From Aulosira sp. ZfuVER01 (GTDB lineage: Bacteria; Cyanobacteriota; Cyanobacteriia; Cyanobacteriales; Nostocaceae): 64,000 bases of DNA. Where the stretch lies: contig JAVRCV020000064.1 of assembly GCA_034530615.2 (NCBI GenBank), positions 1-64,000 on the forward strand, given 5' to 3'. A model generated the notes under the pieces. It had not been told where the DNA came from, did no database searches, and saw nothing but the letters and a program-made list of their open reading frames with translations. Made by a program: the position numbers and the translations under genes. This document shows, in pieces, positions 21,311 to 30,537 of this stretch (the first letter of the stretch is position 1; each line of letters starts with the position of its first letter).

Positions 21311-23086
21311 TTACTCCATGCCTTTTTCCTTAAACAATCCCATCAATTTACGCTTACGCCCATGCTCCTGCATTAACTTGGCTTTATAGCTATCCCAATC
21401 TGCTTTTCTCCCAGATTCCAAGTAGGCGGCACGAGCGTTTTTTAACCACTGAACTGCCAGATCATAAGATTCTGCCTTAGCTGCATTCATAATTGATTCC
21501 GCACGGCGGCTAGCATTAGCAATCACCCAGCTAGGATTGTGAGATATTGCCGCATCCATGACTTGCTGAACTAAATCATCATGGTAATAATTGAGTTCAT
21601 GGACAATTTTAATAGCATCGTCAATCAAGCCCTCATGCAAGAAAATATCTACTTTGGCTGATTCGTTTCCCCAACCGCCAGACGTGCGGGCAATTTGCAC
21701 TAAGTTTGGTTGAATATTTGCCCAGCTTTCCCCTGCTAATTCTGCTATTTTTTGGTAGTCAACAAAGGATGCGTGGACTTGGAAAGCAGCCATGAGTGCT
21801 GATAAAGCAGCTTCTTGATTACCTAATTTCTGGGCTAAATCACTTGTCCATGTTCCCAGTTCATACAGACAATTTCCTGGTAAATTTAAGCCAATTTGAG
21901 CAATATCTAGCGCTTCCGATAATGAATCCTGTTGCTCAAGGGTTTTAGCTAAAGCATAGGCTGCTTCCATTGTGTTCATCTGGGATTGCGCGGCTACTAT
22001 TGCTTCGTCTACTCTGCCCAAACGCCCCAGCATTGTCAGATATTGTTCGGTTTGTCCTTCGGCCGCTGCTAAATACAAGTATTCTTGGTAACGTTCCTGA
22101 CGTTCGAGAATTTTCAGGCGAATTAAGGCTAAATCATCGGCGTAGTCTGGTATTTCTTCTTCCCAAACTCCCATTTCGGGGATATTACCTTGAAGAACCT
22201 GTATAAGTGGCGAGTGATCCCAGCCTTGGCGTAAGGCTTCAGAAGCTAAGTCAAAATCAGCATCCCACTCATCTTGCCATGTTTCTAAATTGACTTGGAT
22301 ATCAATTTTTTCTTCTGGGGTAAGTTCAGCAGTGAGAATTGCTTCACCCCAAGCCTCATTCAATGCTTGAACAATTTCATAGTTATCAGCACCGTAGTCG
22401 GCAACATCATCCCAGTTTTCGACACAACTAGAGGTAATGGCTTCTAAAATAGCGATCGCATTATGACTATCTCCCCGTTCGCACAAATCTACGGCGGTTT
22501 GCACTACACTGAGCAATTCTTCACTTATGCAGTCATCATCATAACCATCTTCCCAAGTCCGCACTGCCTCGCGGAAAATCTGGCGCACTTTCTGCCCAAA
22601 AGGCTTTGTGTCTATAGTATGGGAGTTTAAAGTTTTTGCGCTTTGCTGTTTAACAGGAGCAGATTTCATCCAGTTGACATGGCGATCTATAGCTTCGATC
22701 AATCTGGGATATTCTGCTACTAACTGTAGCAGTAACTTTTTAGTTTGTCGTTCATCCAAGCGATTCAGGTGTTGTTCTAGAGTGGGACGCTCCTCTATAT
22801 TTTCTGGCTGACGCATACAAACAAGCATGGTTGCCACAATATGTTTACACCACCCCTCAGCATCATAGGGACAAGTGCATTTGACTGAGGTTAATCCCCC
22901 AATATTAAAACTAAGGCTGACTTGATAGGGGTGAACTTCATTCCCTTCTACTGCTGCCTGAATTAGATTACCACGTCGGGTGAGGGATATCACCGCATCC
23001 GCCTCATAATATGCCTCACCTCGTTGAAAAGATTTGGCATTAGCATTGCGGCGGATAGTAAATTCACTTAACTTGGGAATTAACAT
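21311..23086 (-). CDS. SWIM zinc-finger protein with helical C-terminus
   Basis: RGEAYY, CTCPY....WCKHIVA SWIM motif; C-terminal RKRKLM. Confidence 0.85.
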   Translation of the reverse strand: MLIPKLSEFTIRRNANAKSFQRGEAYYEADAVISLTRRGNLIQAAVEGNEVHPYQVSLSFNIGGLTSVKCTCPYDAEGWCKHIVATMLVCMRQPENIEERPTLEQHLNRLDERQTKKLLLQLVAEYPRLIEAIDRHVNWMKSAPVKQQSAKTLNSHTIDTKPFGQKVRQIFREAVRTWEDGYDDDCISEELLSVVQTAVDLCERGDSHNAIAILEAITSSCVENWDDVADYGADNYEIVQALNEAWGEAILTAELTPEEKIDIQVNLETWQDEWDADFDLASEALRQGWDHSPLIQVLQGNIPEMGVWEEEIPDYADDLALIRLKILERQERYQEYLYLAAAEGQTEQYLTMLGRLGRVDEAIVAAQSQMNTMEAAYALAKTLEQQDSLSEALDIAQIGLNLPGNCLYELGTWTSDLAQKLGNQEAALSALMAAFQVHASFVDYQKIAELAGESWANIQPNLVQIARTSGGWGNESAKVDIFLHEGLIDDAIKIVHELNYYHDDLVQQVMDAAISHNPSWVIANASRRAESIMNAAKAESYDLAVQWLKNARAAYLESGRKADWDSYKAKLMQEHGRKRKLMGLFKEKGME

Positions 23087-23173
23087 TGAGCGATCGCTTG
23101 CAGAAATCCTATGCGTGCCAAGATTCTAAACCTGCTTGGCTATGTAATTCATCCGTTGTAAAGAAACTCAAAG

Positions 23174-23320
23174 GTTCGTCATTTGTCATTTGTCATTTGT
23201 CATTTGTCCTTTGCCATTCGTCATTAATTCTCTTACTCTCCCTTGTCCCCCTTGTCCCCCTTGTTCCCCTTGTCCCTCTTGTCCCCTTGTCCCCCTTGTC
23301 CAATGCCCCATGCCCCATTT
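23174..23320. repeat. STRR arrays (TTTGTCA heptamers, CCCCTTGTC nonamers, ATGCCCC)
   Basis: Tandem tttgtca and ccttgtccc units visible directly. Confidence 0.85.
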
Positions 23321-23499
23321 CCATCTCAGTATAAAATACAGCGAGTATACAAGTTTGATTATGATACTGAAGATATTCAGTCCCTTGGCCTGCTAGCGTA
23401 AATCATAAATAGGAATTAGTAACTCCCGAACCTCAAGGGGGTTGCACTGATTGCTGGTCAAGTTGAGAATAAATAGACGGAGCACACGGGGAAACTAAC

Positions 23500-24930
23500 G
23501 TGAGTCAGGGATACGATTACGATTTAGTGATTATAGGCGCTGGTGTAGGTGGGCATGGAGCAGCCCTACACGCCGTAAGTTGCGGTCTAAAAACAGCGAT
23601 TATTGAAGCAGCTGACATGGGGGGAACCTGTGTCAACCGGGGCTGTATTCCCTCGAAAGCGCTGTTGGCGGCATCGGGACGTGTGCGGGACTTACGTAAT
23701 GCCCACCACCTCAAGTCGTTGGGAATTCAAATCGGTAGTGTGGAGTTCGATCGACAAGCGATCGCTAATCATGCTACCAATCTTGTTGCGAAAATCCAAG
23801 GCGATTTAACCAACAGTCTCAAGCGTCTGGGAGTTGATATTATTAAAGGCTGGGGAAAAGTAGCTGGTACGCAAAAAGTCAGTATTACTGGTGATGGTGG
23901 TGAAAAAACCATCACAGCTAAAGACATCATTCTTTCCCCGGGTTCAGTGCCTTTTGTTCCCCCAGGTATTGAAGTAGATGGTAAAACGGTTTTTACTAGC
24001 GACCAAGGGGTGAAGTTAGAATCGCTACCAAATTGGGTGGCAATTATTGGCAGTGGCTACATTGGCTTGGAATTTTCTGATATTTACTCAGCTTTGGGCT
24101 GTGAAATCACGATGATTGAAGCCCTAGATCAGCTCATGCCAGGATTTGACCGCGATATTGCCAAACTTGCCGAACGGGTGCTAATCACTCCCCGCGATAT
24201 TGAAACAAAAGTCGGGATATACGCTAAAAGAGTTATCCCTGGTTCGCCAGTGGTGATTGAACTAGCAGATTTCAAAACCAAAGAAGATTTAGATGTCATT
24301 GAGGTGGATGCTTGTTTAGTTGCTACCGGACGCATCCCAGCCACAAAAAATCTCGGTTTGGAATCTATAGGTGTGGAACTCGACCGCAGAAATTTCATCC
24401 CAGTTAATGACCAGATGGCGGTATTATCTGGTGGGGAAGTCGTGCCTCATTTGTGGGCAATTGGCGATGCTAACGGCAAAATGATGCTGGCTCATGCTGC
24501 TTCTGCTCAAGGTATTATCGCTGTAGAAAATATCGTGGGGCGATCGCGGGAAGTAGATTATCGCAGCATCCCCGCAGCCGCTTTTACTCACCCAGAAGTT
24601 AGCTATGTGGGCTTAACGGAAACAGCAGCTAAGGAATTAGGTCAAGCTGAGGGCTTTGAAGTAGCTACTAGCAAGAGTTACTTCAAAGGTAATTCTAAAG
24701 CGTTGGCAGAAAATGAAGCAGACGGCATCGCCAAGGTAGTATATCGCAAAGATACAGGCGAAGTTCTAGGTGTCCATATCTTTGGACTACACGCCTCAGA
24801 TCTCATTCATGAAGCGTCAGCAGCCGTTGCTAACCGCCAATCTGTGAATGACCTCGCCCATTTGGTTCACGCCCATCCTACACTTTCAGAAGTGCTGGAC
24901 GAAGCTTATAAAAGAGCGATCGCTCATTAG
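23500..24930 (+). CDS. lpdA: Dihydrolipoyl dehydrogenase
   Basis: GAGVGG FAD motif, [13 protein letters not shown] redox disulfide, [11 protein letters not shown] start. Confidence 0.96.
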   Translation: MSQGYDYDLVIIGAGVGGHGAALHAVSCGLKTAIIEAADMGGTCVNRGCIPSKALLAASGRVRDLRNAHHLKSLGIQIGSVEFDRQAIANHATNLVAKIQGDLTNSLKRLGVDIIKGWGKVAGTQKVSITGDGGEKTITAKDIILSPGSVPFVPPGIEVDGKTVFTSDQGVKLESLPNWVAIIGSGYIGLEFSDIYSALGCEITMIEALDQLMPGFDRDIAKLAERVLITPRDIETKVGIYAKRVIPGSPVVIELADFKTKEDLDVIEVDACLVATGRIPATKNLGLESIGVELDRRNFIPVNDQMAVLSGGEVVPHLWAIGDANGKMMLAHAASAQGIIAVENIVGRSREVDYRSIPAAAFTHPEVSYVGLTETAAKELGQAEGFEVATSKSYFKGNSKALAENEADGIAKVVYRKDTGEVLGVHIFGLHASDLIHEASAAVANRQSVNDLAHLVHAHPTLSEVLDEAYKRAIAH

Positions 24931-24972
24931 TTAATAGTCCAAAGTCAAGAGTCCAGACAATTGACCATTGGT

Positions 24973-25008
24973 TCTTGACTCTTGACCCTTGACCCTTGAC
25001 CCTTGACT
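24973..25008. repeat. STRR heptamer array (CTTGACC/T)
   Basis: Five tandem cttgacc/cttgact units. Confidence 0.85.
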
Positions 25009-25015
25009 AAAAATT

Positions 25016-25906
25016 ATGCAAATCCGTCGTCGTTCACCTAGTACACCTATTGCTATTTCATATTTAAGTTATCAGGTGGCTGTGCCAGGTACAGAGCCAA
25101 ACAACATTTTGGAAGAAATTGTTTGGCACAAAGAAATAGAAGTTGACCAAATGCGGGAAAGAGTGCCTTTGCGGGAATTGCAAAAGCAGGCACTTACTGC
25201 ACCGCCAACCCGTGATTTTGTTGGGGCGCTAAGACAAGGTAAGACAAAACCAGCGTTAATTGCAGAGGTAAAAAAAGCTTCACCTAGTAAAGGGGTTCTC
25301 CGGGAAGATTTTGACCCAGATGCGATCGCACTTTCTTATCAGCAAGGAGGTGCTAGTTGTCTTTCTGTACTCACAGATAGCAAATTCTTTCAAGGCAGCT
25401 TTGATAATTTAAGTAAGGTTCGGACTGTAGTAGATTTACCATTGCTGTGTAAGGATTTTGTCATTTATCCTTATCAAATGTACTTAGCACGCATTCGGGG
25501 GGCAGATGCAGTTTTATTGATTGCCGCTATACTCAGCGATCAAGATTTGCAGTACTTTGTCAAAATTGCCAATTCTCTGAATATGGCAGCTTTAATTGAA
25601 GTCCATAGTTTAGTAGAACTTGACCGTGTGTTAGCCTTAGATGGCGTCACTTTGATAGGAATTAACAATCGCAATTTAGAAAATTTTTCGGTTGACTTGC
25701 AAACAACTTGTAAACTGCTAGCAGCAAGAGGTCAGCAGTTGCAAGAACGGAACATCTTAGTTGTCAGCGAGTCAGGATTACATAAACCAGAGGATCTGAA
25801 CTTAGTATCAACAGCAGGCGCATCCGCTGTACTGATTGGTGAGTCGTTAGTAAAACAACCAGATCCAGAGTTAGCTATTCTCAATCTTTTTGCCCAACCT
25901 TCATAA
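25016..25906 (+). CDS. trpC: Indole-3-glycerol-phosphate synthase
   Basis: [36 protein letters not shown]. Confidence 0.97.
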   Translation: MQIRRRSPSTPIAISYLSYQVAVPGTEPNNILEEIVWHKEIEVDQMRERVPLRELQKQALTAPPTRDFVGALRQGKTKPALIAEVKKASPSKGVLREDFDPDAIALSYQQGGASCLSVLTDSKFFQGSFDNLSKVRTVVDLPLLCKDFVIYPYQMYLARIRGADAVLLIAAILSDQDLQYFVKIANSLNMAALIEVHSLVELDRVLALDGVTLIGINNRNLENFSVDLQTTCKLLAARGQQLQERNILVVSESGLHKPEDLNLVSTAGASAVLIGESLVKQPDPELAILNLFAQPS

Positions 25907-26001
25907 GTTTGACCTATTTGGAGGATCAGCAAATACTGATTGCCTATGTAACAATTTAGTTAGACCAAAAAATCCCTTATTTGAAAAAGCAAATTAACTT
26001 C

Positions 26002-26250
26002 ATGGAGCAAATTCCTCTGCCCTCACCTATCCATTACGAACTTATACTGCAACTTTTAGAAAGACAAACCATGTCAGCAGTAAGTCAAAACCCGGATTTG
26101 CGGCATCAGGTGAATCAGCTAATTATTACTCTGCGTAAAGCAGCTGTCCAACAAAAGCACCTGGAAGAAATTTGCCAGTTTTCTTCTGTAGCGATTGACC
26201 ATCGTTGGTCAATCAACCATCATGCTGAAAAAGCTGTTGCTCCTGAATAA
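26002..26250 (+). CDS. Small conserved cyanobacterial protein (DUF5340-like)
   Basis: PLPSPIHYELILQLLERQT...LIITLRKA...QK.LE...HRWSIN pattern. Confidence 0.75.
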   Translation: MEQIPLPSPIHYELILQLLERQTMSAVSQNPDLRHQVNQLIITLRKAAVQQKHLEEICQFSSVAIDHRWSINHHAEKAVAPE

Positions 26251-26295
26251 CAACTTTTGAAATCACGTTGCTACTTATGTTTAGCTAAAACAAAA

Positions 26296-26336
26296 ATTCA
26301 TCCCACGCCTCGTTGCTGGTGAGGCATGGGATGAAT
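26296..26336. terminator. Hairpin between convergent genes (likely bidirectional terminator)
   Basis: attcatcccacgcctc-loop-gaggcatgggatgaat, ~16-bp stem. Confidence 0.65.
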
Positions 26337-26458
26337 ATACTGATATTCTTTCTCTCAGGGAAATCCAAACAATAAATTATCCAATTTCTGGAATTTCCCC
26401 CCGATCCCTTGCCATAAAAGCAATGGGATATTTTTTGATTTGGTAGTCCCCGATCTCC

Positions 26459-27724
26459 CTAAAATCGTCCATTTCCCTGCACAATATGCTTAATTGTCGT
26501 CAGGGTTTCTAAACTAATAAATCCCCGGCGATGACCTTTTTGGTTAGACATACCCAGGAATACTGCATCTCCGCGCGAGGGATTGCGGGAAAAACGAGGG
26601 GAAGCATTGATGTAGGTAGAAGCGCTGTTGACTCCTAAGGCAAACTGGCGACTTTCTTGGTAGGATTCAGTCACAATACAATCCGCATGACCACTACTGT
26701 ATTGATTAATCCAAGCGATCGCAGCCTCTAAGCTATCCACTAATTTAAAAGCTACTGTCTTGGTTAAATAGGCGCTTCCCCATTCTCCATCTTTAGCCAG
26801 TTGTAATTGCGGAAATGCTTCTACTAATTCTGCATCGCCTTTAATGTCAAAGCCTTTGTCCTTTAAACTGTTCCACAGAACTGCCAAGGATGATGGTAAG
26901 GCTTGGCGGTGAATTAATACTTTTTCAATGGCGTTGACTGGATCTGGCTCGCTTTCATGACTATCGATAATCATCCACCGCACCATTTCCAAGCTGCTAT
27001 TCAGCGACCAATAAAGGTAACAGTTGCCCATTGCTGACTTTAACACTGGGCAAGTTGCTTGCCGCATTACTTGCTGTACTAAGGTGGAACGTCCGTAGGG
27101 AATGACCAAATTCACATACTGGTCTTGGATGACCAAATCCCGAATAGATGCGCCATGTTCTGTGGTAATCAGTTCTAAACAGCCTGGTGGTAGACCAACT
27201 TCGGCAATAGCAGTTTGTAGTACATTAGCGATCGCCTCGTTAGAATGACTAGCCTCTGTACTACCTTTAAGAATGATACTGTTACCAGTCTTGATACATA
27301 AACCTGCGGCGATCGCTCCTAAGTCAGGAAAAGCCTCATAAATAAATGCAATCACTCCTAAAGGCATTAGCTGGGAGTAACTTTGAGAATCATCTTGTTG
27401 ATACTCGGCGTTTCTCACCCGTCGCAGCGGATCTGATAATTCCCCCAAACGTTGTAGGATTTCCACTGTCGTTTCTAGCCTGCTGGGAGTTAATTTCAGC
27501 CAGTCTAAAATTAACTCTGGCACTGCCATTTCTCGACTCGCTTCTAGATCTAAAGTGTTAGCCTCTAGAATGTCATCAAATGAGTGTTCTATTGCTCGTG
27601 CCATCGCCAATACAGCACGACTGCGGTCTACTCCCTTTGCGATCCCCAGCTTTAGGGAAGCTTGATAAGCGCGTTTAGCGCTATTGATTGGTTCGGGGCG
27701 ATCGTCCAAAACTTCAACGGTCAT
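26459..27724 (-). CDS. proA: Gamma-glutamyl phosphate reductase paralog (ProA2-like), catalytic Cys apparently absent
   Basis: ILEANTLDL, LDWLKL, PLGVIAFIYE, KTGNSIILKG, IPYG, SSGHADCIVTE, INASPRF; PDPVNAIE replaces PxxCNxxE. Confidence 0.85.
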   Translation of the reverse strand: MTVEVLDDRPEPINSAKRAYQASLKLGIAKGVDRSRAVLAMARAIEHSFDDILEANTLDLEASREMAVPELILDWLKLTPSRLETTVEILQRLGELSDPLRRVRNAEYQQDDSQSYSQLMPLGVIAFIYEAFPDLGAIAAGLCIKTGNSIILKGSTEASHSNEAIANVLQTAIAEVGLPPGCLELITTEHGASIRDLVIQDQYVNLVIPYGRSTLVQQVMRQATCPVLKSAMGNCYLYWSLNSSLEMVRWMIIDSHESEPDPVNAIEKVLIHRQALPSSLAVLWNSLKDKGFDIKGDAELVEAFPQLQLAKDGEWGSAYLTKTVAFKLVDSLEAAIAWINQYSSGHADCIVTESYQESRQFALGVNSASTYINASPRFSRNPSRGDAVFLGMSNQKGHRRGFISLETLTTIKHIVQGNGRF

Positions 27725-27727
27725 GGG

Positions 27728-28135
27728 TTAACGTCTGTAGGTAAGCCAGACCATTAGTGCTGGCAGAATAGCTAACAGCACCGCCACCATTGCCCAAGCA
27801 ATAATCGTGGAACCATTTGCTAATCGCAGTGCTAATGGTAGCCATATAATCACTAGCACGAAAATAATGCCCAGCGCTATCGGCAGATAGCTTTCTCCCA
27901 GTCGCGGATGGACAACATGCCAGCTATTTCCCACCCAACGCCAAGCTCGCTTGTAGGGATAAGTGGTGGAAAGCTGCTCTAGGACATAAGCATCATTTTC
28001 TACCACAAAGATTTGTTGACAGCGATCGCAACCAAATGCATCTGTCAGTGTAATCGGAATTAACCGTCCCCGGCGACGGCAGGGACAGGGATATTCCGTA
28101 TTAAAGTCAATTTTTTCAGGTTTTTGAGATTGCAC
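27728..28135 (-). CDS. Hypothetical Zn-ribbon membrane protein
   Basis: CPC....CDRC cysteines plus two C-terminal TM helices; 3 bp from the proA start, so likely co-transcribed; GTG start. Confidence 0.75.
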   Translation of the reverse strand: MQSQKPEKIDFNTEYPCPCRRRGRLIPITLTDAFGCDRCQQIFVVENDAYVLEQLSTTYPYKRAWRWVGNSWHVVHPRLGESYLPIALGIIFVLVIIWLPLALRLANGSTIIAWAMVAVLLAILPALMVWLTYRR

Positions 28136-28895
28136 AAGCGTTCTAATAACTTGAGCTTATTTTTTACAATATGTGAAACGAAAATTCCTTGATCTATACC
28201 TTGGTTACTGGTTTTCTGATATTCCAGATTTCTACAGTTAGGGAGGCAAAGCCAATACTGCGATGATTCCCAAGGATAGATGCGGCTAAATCAGTCTATC
28301 GTAACTACTATCTATTAGCTTTTTTAAGCAGAGGCTATCTGCCTGAGGTTCTTCCCTATATTGGGCAATCTTGTTTAAGCATTTTCTTCTTTTCATTTGT
28401 GGCTTAAAAGGTAATTTTAGTCGTGTTCTTAGACATTTATGATTTTTAAATATCTGGCACAGTTTTCAGTTTACGTGGCGACCTCTCATAAAACAACTGT
28501 TCTCTGAGGCTACGCCTAAAAGTAATTATTACCAGCAAATCAATTCCTTAGCTATTGGACGTGCCTTTGTTTGGCTTGATTGTGGCTGACCGTTATTACT
28601 CCCTTGTGTATTCATTATTGATTATTTTTGAGTATTTGTACTCAATTATTACCAATAAATCACAGATCTTTTGTGAGAACAGGGAGTCTGAAAACATCAG
28701 TGAGTTTATCTGATTATTGCCCTAGGTAGATTTTGGCTCACTTCATCGCCGTAAGGCACATTGCACCTAAAATATCGCTATTGATATAGCTACTCTTCAT
28801 CCAGTGTAGTACACTGTACTAAAAACGAATTGACTACACCTATAAAAATTAGCTTAAGTCAGATTCCTCTTTAAGGAAATCAAAATTTTTTTTAA

Positions 28896-28967
28896 AGCGG
28901 GTAACGCGATTCGAACGCGCGACATTCACCTTGGCAAGGTGACGCTCTACCACTGAGCTATACCCGC
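28896..28967 (-). tRNA. trnG: tRNA-Gly(GCC)
   Basis: Minus strand GCGGGTATAGCTCAGTGGTAGAGCGTCACCTTGCCAAGGTGAATGTCGCGCGTTCGAATCGCGTTACCCGCT folds as a cloverleaf; no encoded CCA. Confidence 0.96.
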
Positions 28968-29032
28968 AAACTTCAGACAAATACTAGACTCTCATATTTA
29001 TTCTGGGTTGTCAAGTATTTTTTTTAATTTAT

Positions 29033-29172
29033 GGGCATGGAGCATGGGGCAAACAACGAGTGTGGGAGGTGTGGGAAGATGGGGAAGAACTAAGTATGGT
29101 TGCTTTCTCCCCGCACTCCCCTCTCTCCCCACACTCCCTTGTCCCCCTTGTCCTCCCTGTCCCTCATCCCCC
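29033..29172 (+). repeat. ~140-bp composite repeat element, copy 1
   Basis: Near-identical to the reverse complement of 30371-30516, including the unique core gaagaactaagtatggttgctttct. Confidence 0.9.
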
Positions 29173-29201
29173 TCATCCCATTGTCCCCTTCCCTCAAGCA
29201 C

Positions 29202-29780
29202 TTAACCCAATTCTTCCGACTCAGGGGAAAAATTGCCTAAGCTGGCACTGGGAAAAGAAGCTGGTAGAGATTGGCTGTTACGAGCGTATGGCTCTGCCAG
29301 ATTAGAGCGCAATTGCCGCATCAGGCTTGCCATTTCTAGGGCATTCATCGCATATTCCCAGCCATGATTGCTTTTGATTCCGGCTCGTTCTAAGGCTTGC
29401 TGCATGGTGTCTACTGTCAAGATGCCAAAAATCACAGGCACACCAGTTTGGAAGCTGGCGGCGGCAATGCCTTTGGCTACTTCCGAAGAGACATAATCAA
29501 AATGAGGTGTTTGTCCTCGAATGACTGCACCCAAGCAAATGATCGCATCATAGCGATGAGAAAGTGCTAGTTGACGGGCAACTACAGGCACTTCAAAGCT
29601 TCCAGGAACCCAAACGTAGTCCACTTGATTCCCGTGGGGGTTGGGATCTACACCGTGGCGTTTCAAGCAATCTTGACATCCCTCTAACAGCTTTACGGTA
29701 ACAAGGTCATTAAACCGACCAATTACCAATGCAAACCGCAAAGGCTCTGTTTGAGTAAAAGTTCCCTCAAAAACTGCCAT
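29202..29780 (-). CDS. ribH: 6,7-dimethyl-8-ribityllumazine synthase
   Basis: [40 protein letters not shown]. Confidence 0.97.
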   Translation of the reverse strand: MAVFEGTFTQTEPLRFALVIGRFNDLVTVKLLEGCQDCLKRHGVDPNPHGNQVDYVWVPGSFEVPVVARQLALSHRYDAIICLGAVIRGQTPHFDYVSSEVAKGIAAASFQTGVPVIFGILTVDTMQQALERAGIKSNHGWEYAMNALEMASLMRQLRSNLAEPYARNSQSLPASFPSASLGNFSPESEELG

Positions 29781-29839
29781 GACCGCCTCTTAACAAACTA
29801 TACTTCAAGGCTAATATACATTTCTTCTGTAAAGATAGA

Positions 29840-29920
29840 AGAGCAGAAGAACACAATCAGCTAAAAATCACAAGGTGAAACCATCATCCTCATGACTTTT
29901 TAGCTTGGCTCTTCTGCTCT
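29840..29920 (-). promoter_or_regulatory. Long intergenic stem-loop between psbZ and ribH
   Basis: agagcagaaga/tcttctgctct outer stem plus agctaaaaa-tca/tga-tttttagct inner stem; G-U pairs favour the minus-strand RNA. Confidence 0.6.
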
Positions 29921-29961
29921 GATAGTATCTATGCTATTTACTTGTGTTCGTAAGCGATCGC

Positions 29962-30150
29962 CTACACTACAAAAAAGTTTAATAGCCCGACTAAAAGTAC
30001 TAAGGCAATCCAGACTCCAGAACCAAGCCAGAGTAACTTTTTCGATTCAACCCAATTTTGCGGCGTAGCATAAGCCACAGGAACGCCAATCACTAATGCA
30101 AAAGACAGTAGAACTAGTGCCAACAAAGAGATTTGAAATATTATGGTCAT
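29962..30150 (-). CDS. psbZ: Photosystem II protein PsbZ
   Basis: 62 aa, MTIIFQ...[18 protein letters not shown]...LNFFVV. Confidence 0.96.
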   Translation of the reverse strand: MTIIFQISLLALVLLSFALVIGVPVAYATPQNWVESKKLLWLGSGVWIALVLLVGLLNFFVV

Positions 30151-30219
30151 TTTTGCTTCTCCCAAGACAGCGAAATACTAAAGATAGAATATCGTACAAG
30201 GCAACACTGACATTTTTCC

Positions 30220-30264
30220 ACGCCACTTGCTCTACTTGGAGAGACCCCAAGACCGCAGTTGCTC
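30220..30264. repeat. Small dispersed repeat (ACGCCACTTGC...GACCGCAG family)
   Basis: acgccacttgctctacttggagagaccccaagaccgcagttgctc; related to elements at 9.6 kb and 38.9 kb. Confidence 0.6.
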
Positions 30265-30370
30265 TTATTTGTTAAGCTATCAGAAATTGCGTCACTATAG
30301 TCATTAATCCCAAGTCCAAATATTGAATGTTAACCAGTCCTTCGGGTAAGGCAAAGAACAAGGAAGATAA

Positions 30371-30516
30371 GGGGGATGAGGGAGGGAGACAGGGAGGACA
30401 AGGGGGACAAGGGAGTGTGGGGAGTGCGGGGAGAAAGCAACCATACTTAGTTCTTCCCCATCTTCCCACACCTCCCACACCTCCCACACTCGTTGTTTGC
30501 CCCATGCCCTATGCCC
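30371..30516 (-). repeat. ~140-bp composite repeat element, copy 2 (inverted)
   Basis: Reverse complement of 29033-29172, differing mainly by copy number of 9-mer units. Confidence 0.9.
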
Positions 30517-30537
30517 TCTGCCCTATACCCATTGACT

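Noticed and set aside
23174..23320. Possible CRISPR array among the tandem repeats (also 29.0-29.2, 30.4-30.5 and 54.8-55.1 kb)
   Set aside because: Units are 7-9 nt and tandem with no unique spacers, i.e. STRRs; no cas genes in the window
28806..28819. NtcA-like GTA-N8-TAC box (also 36073-36086)
   Set aside because: No properly spaced TAN3T -10 element toward the nearest downstream gene; this short motif arises often by chance
29781..29961. FMN riboswitch upstream of ribH
   Set aside because: Lacks RFN consensus on the coding strand; only a simple long hairpin is present
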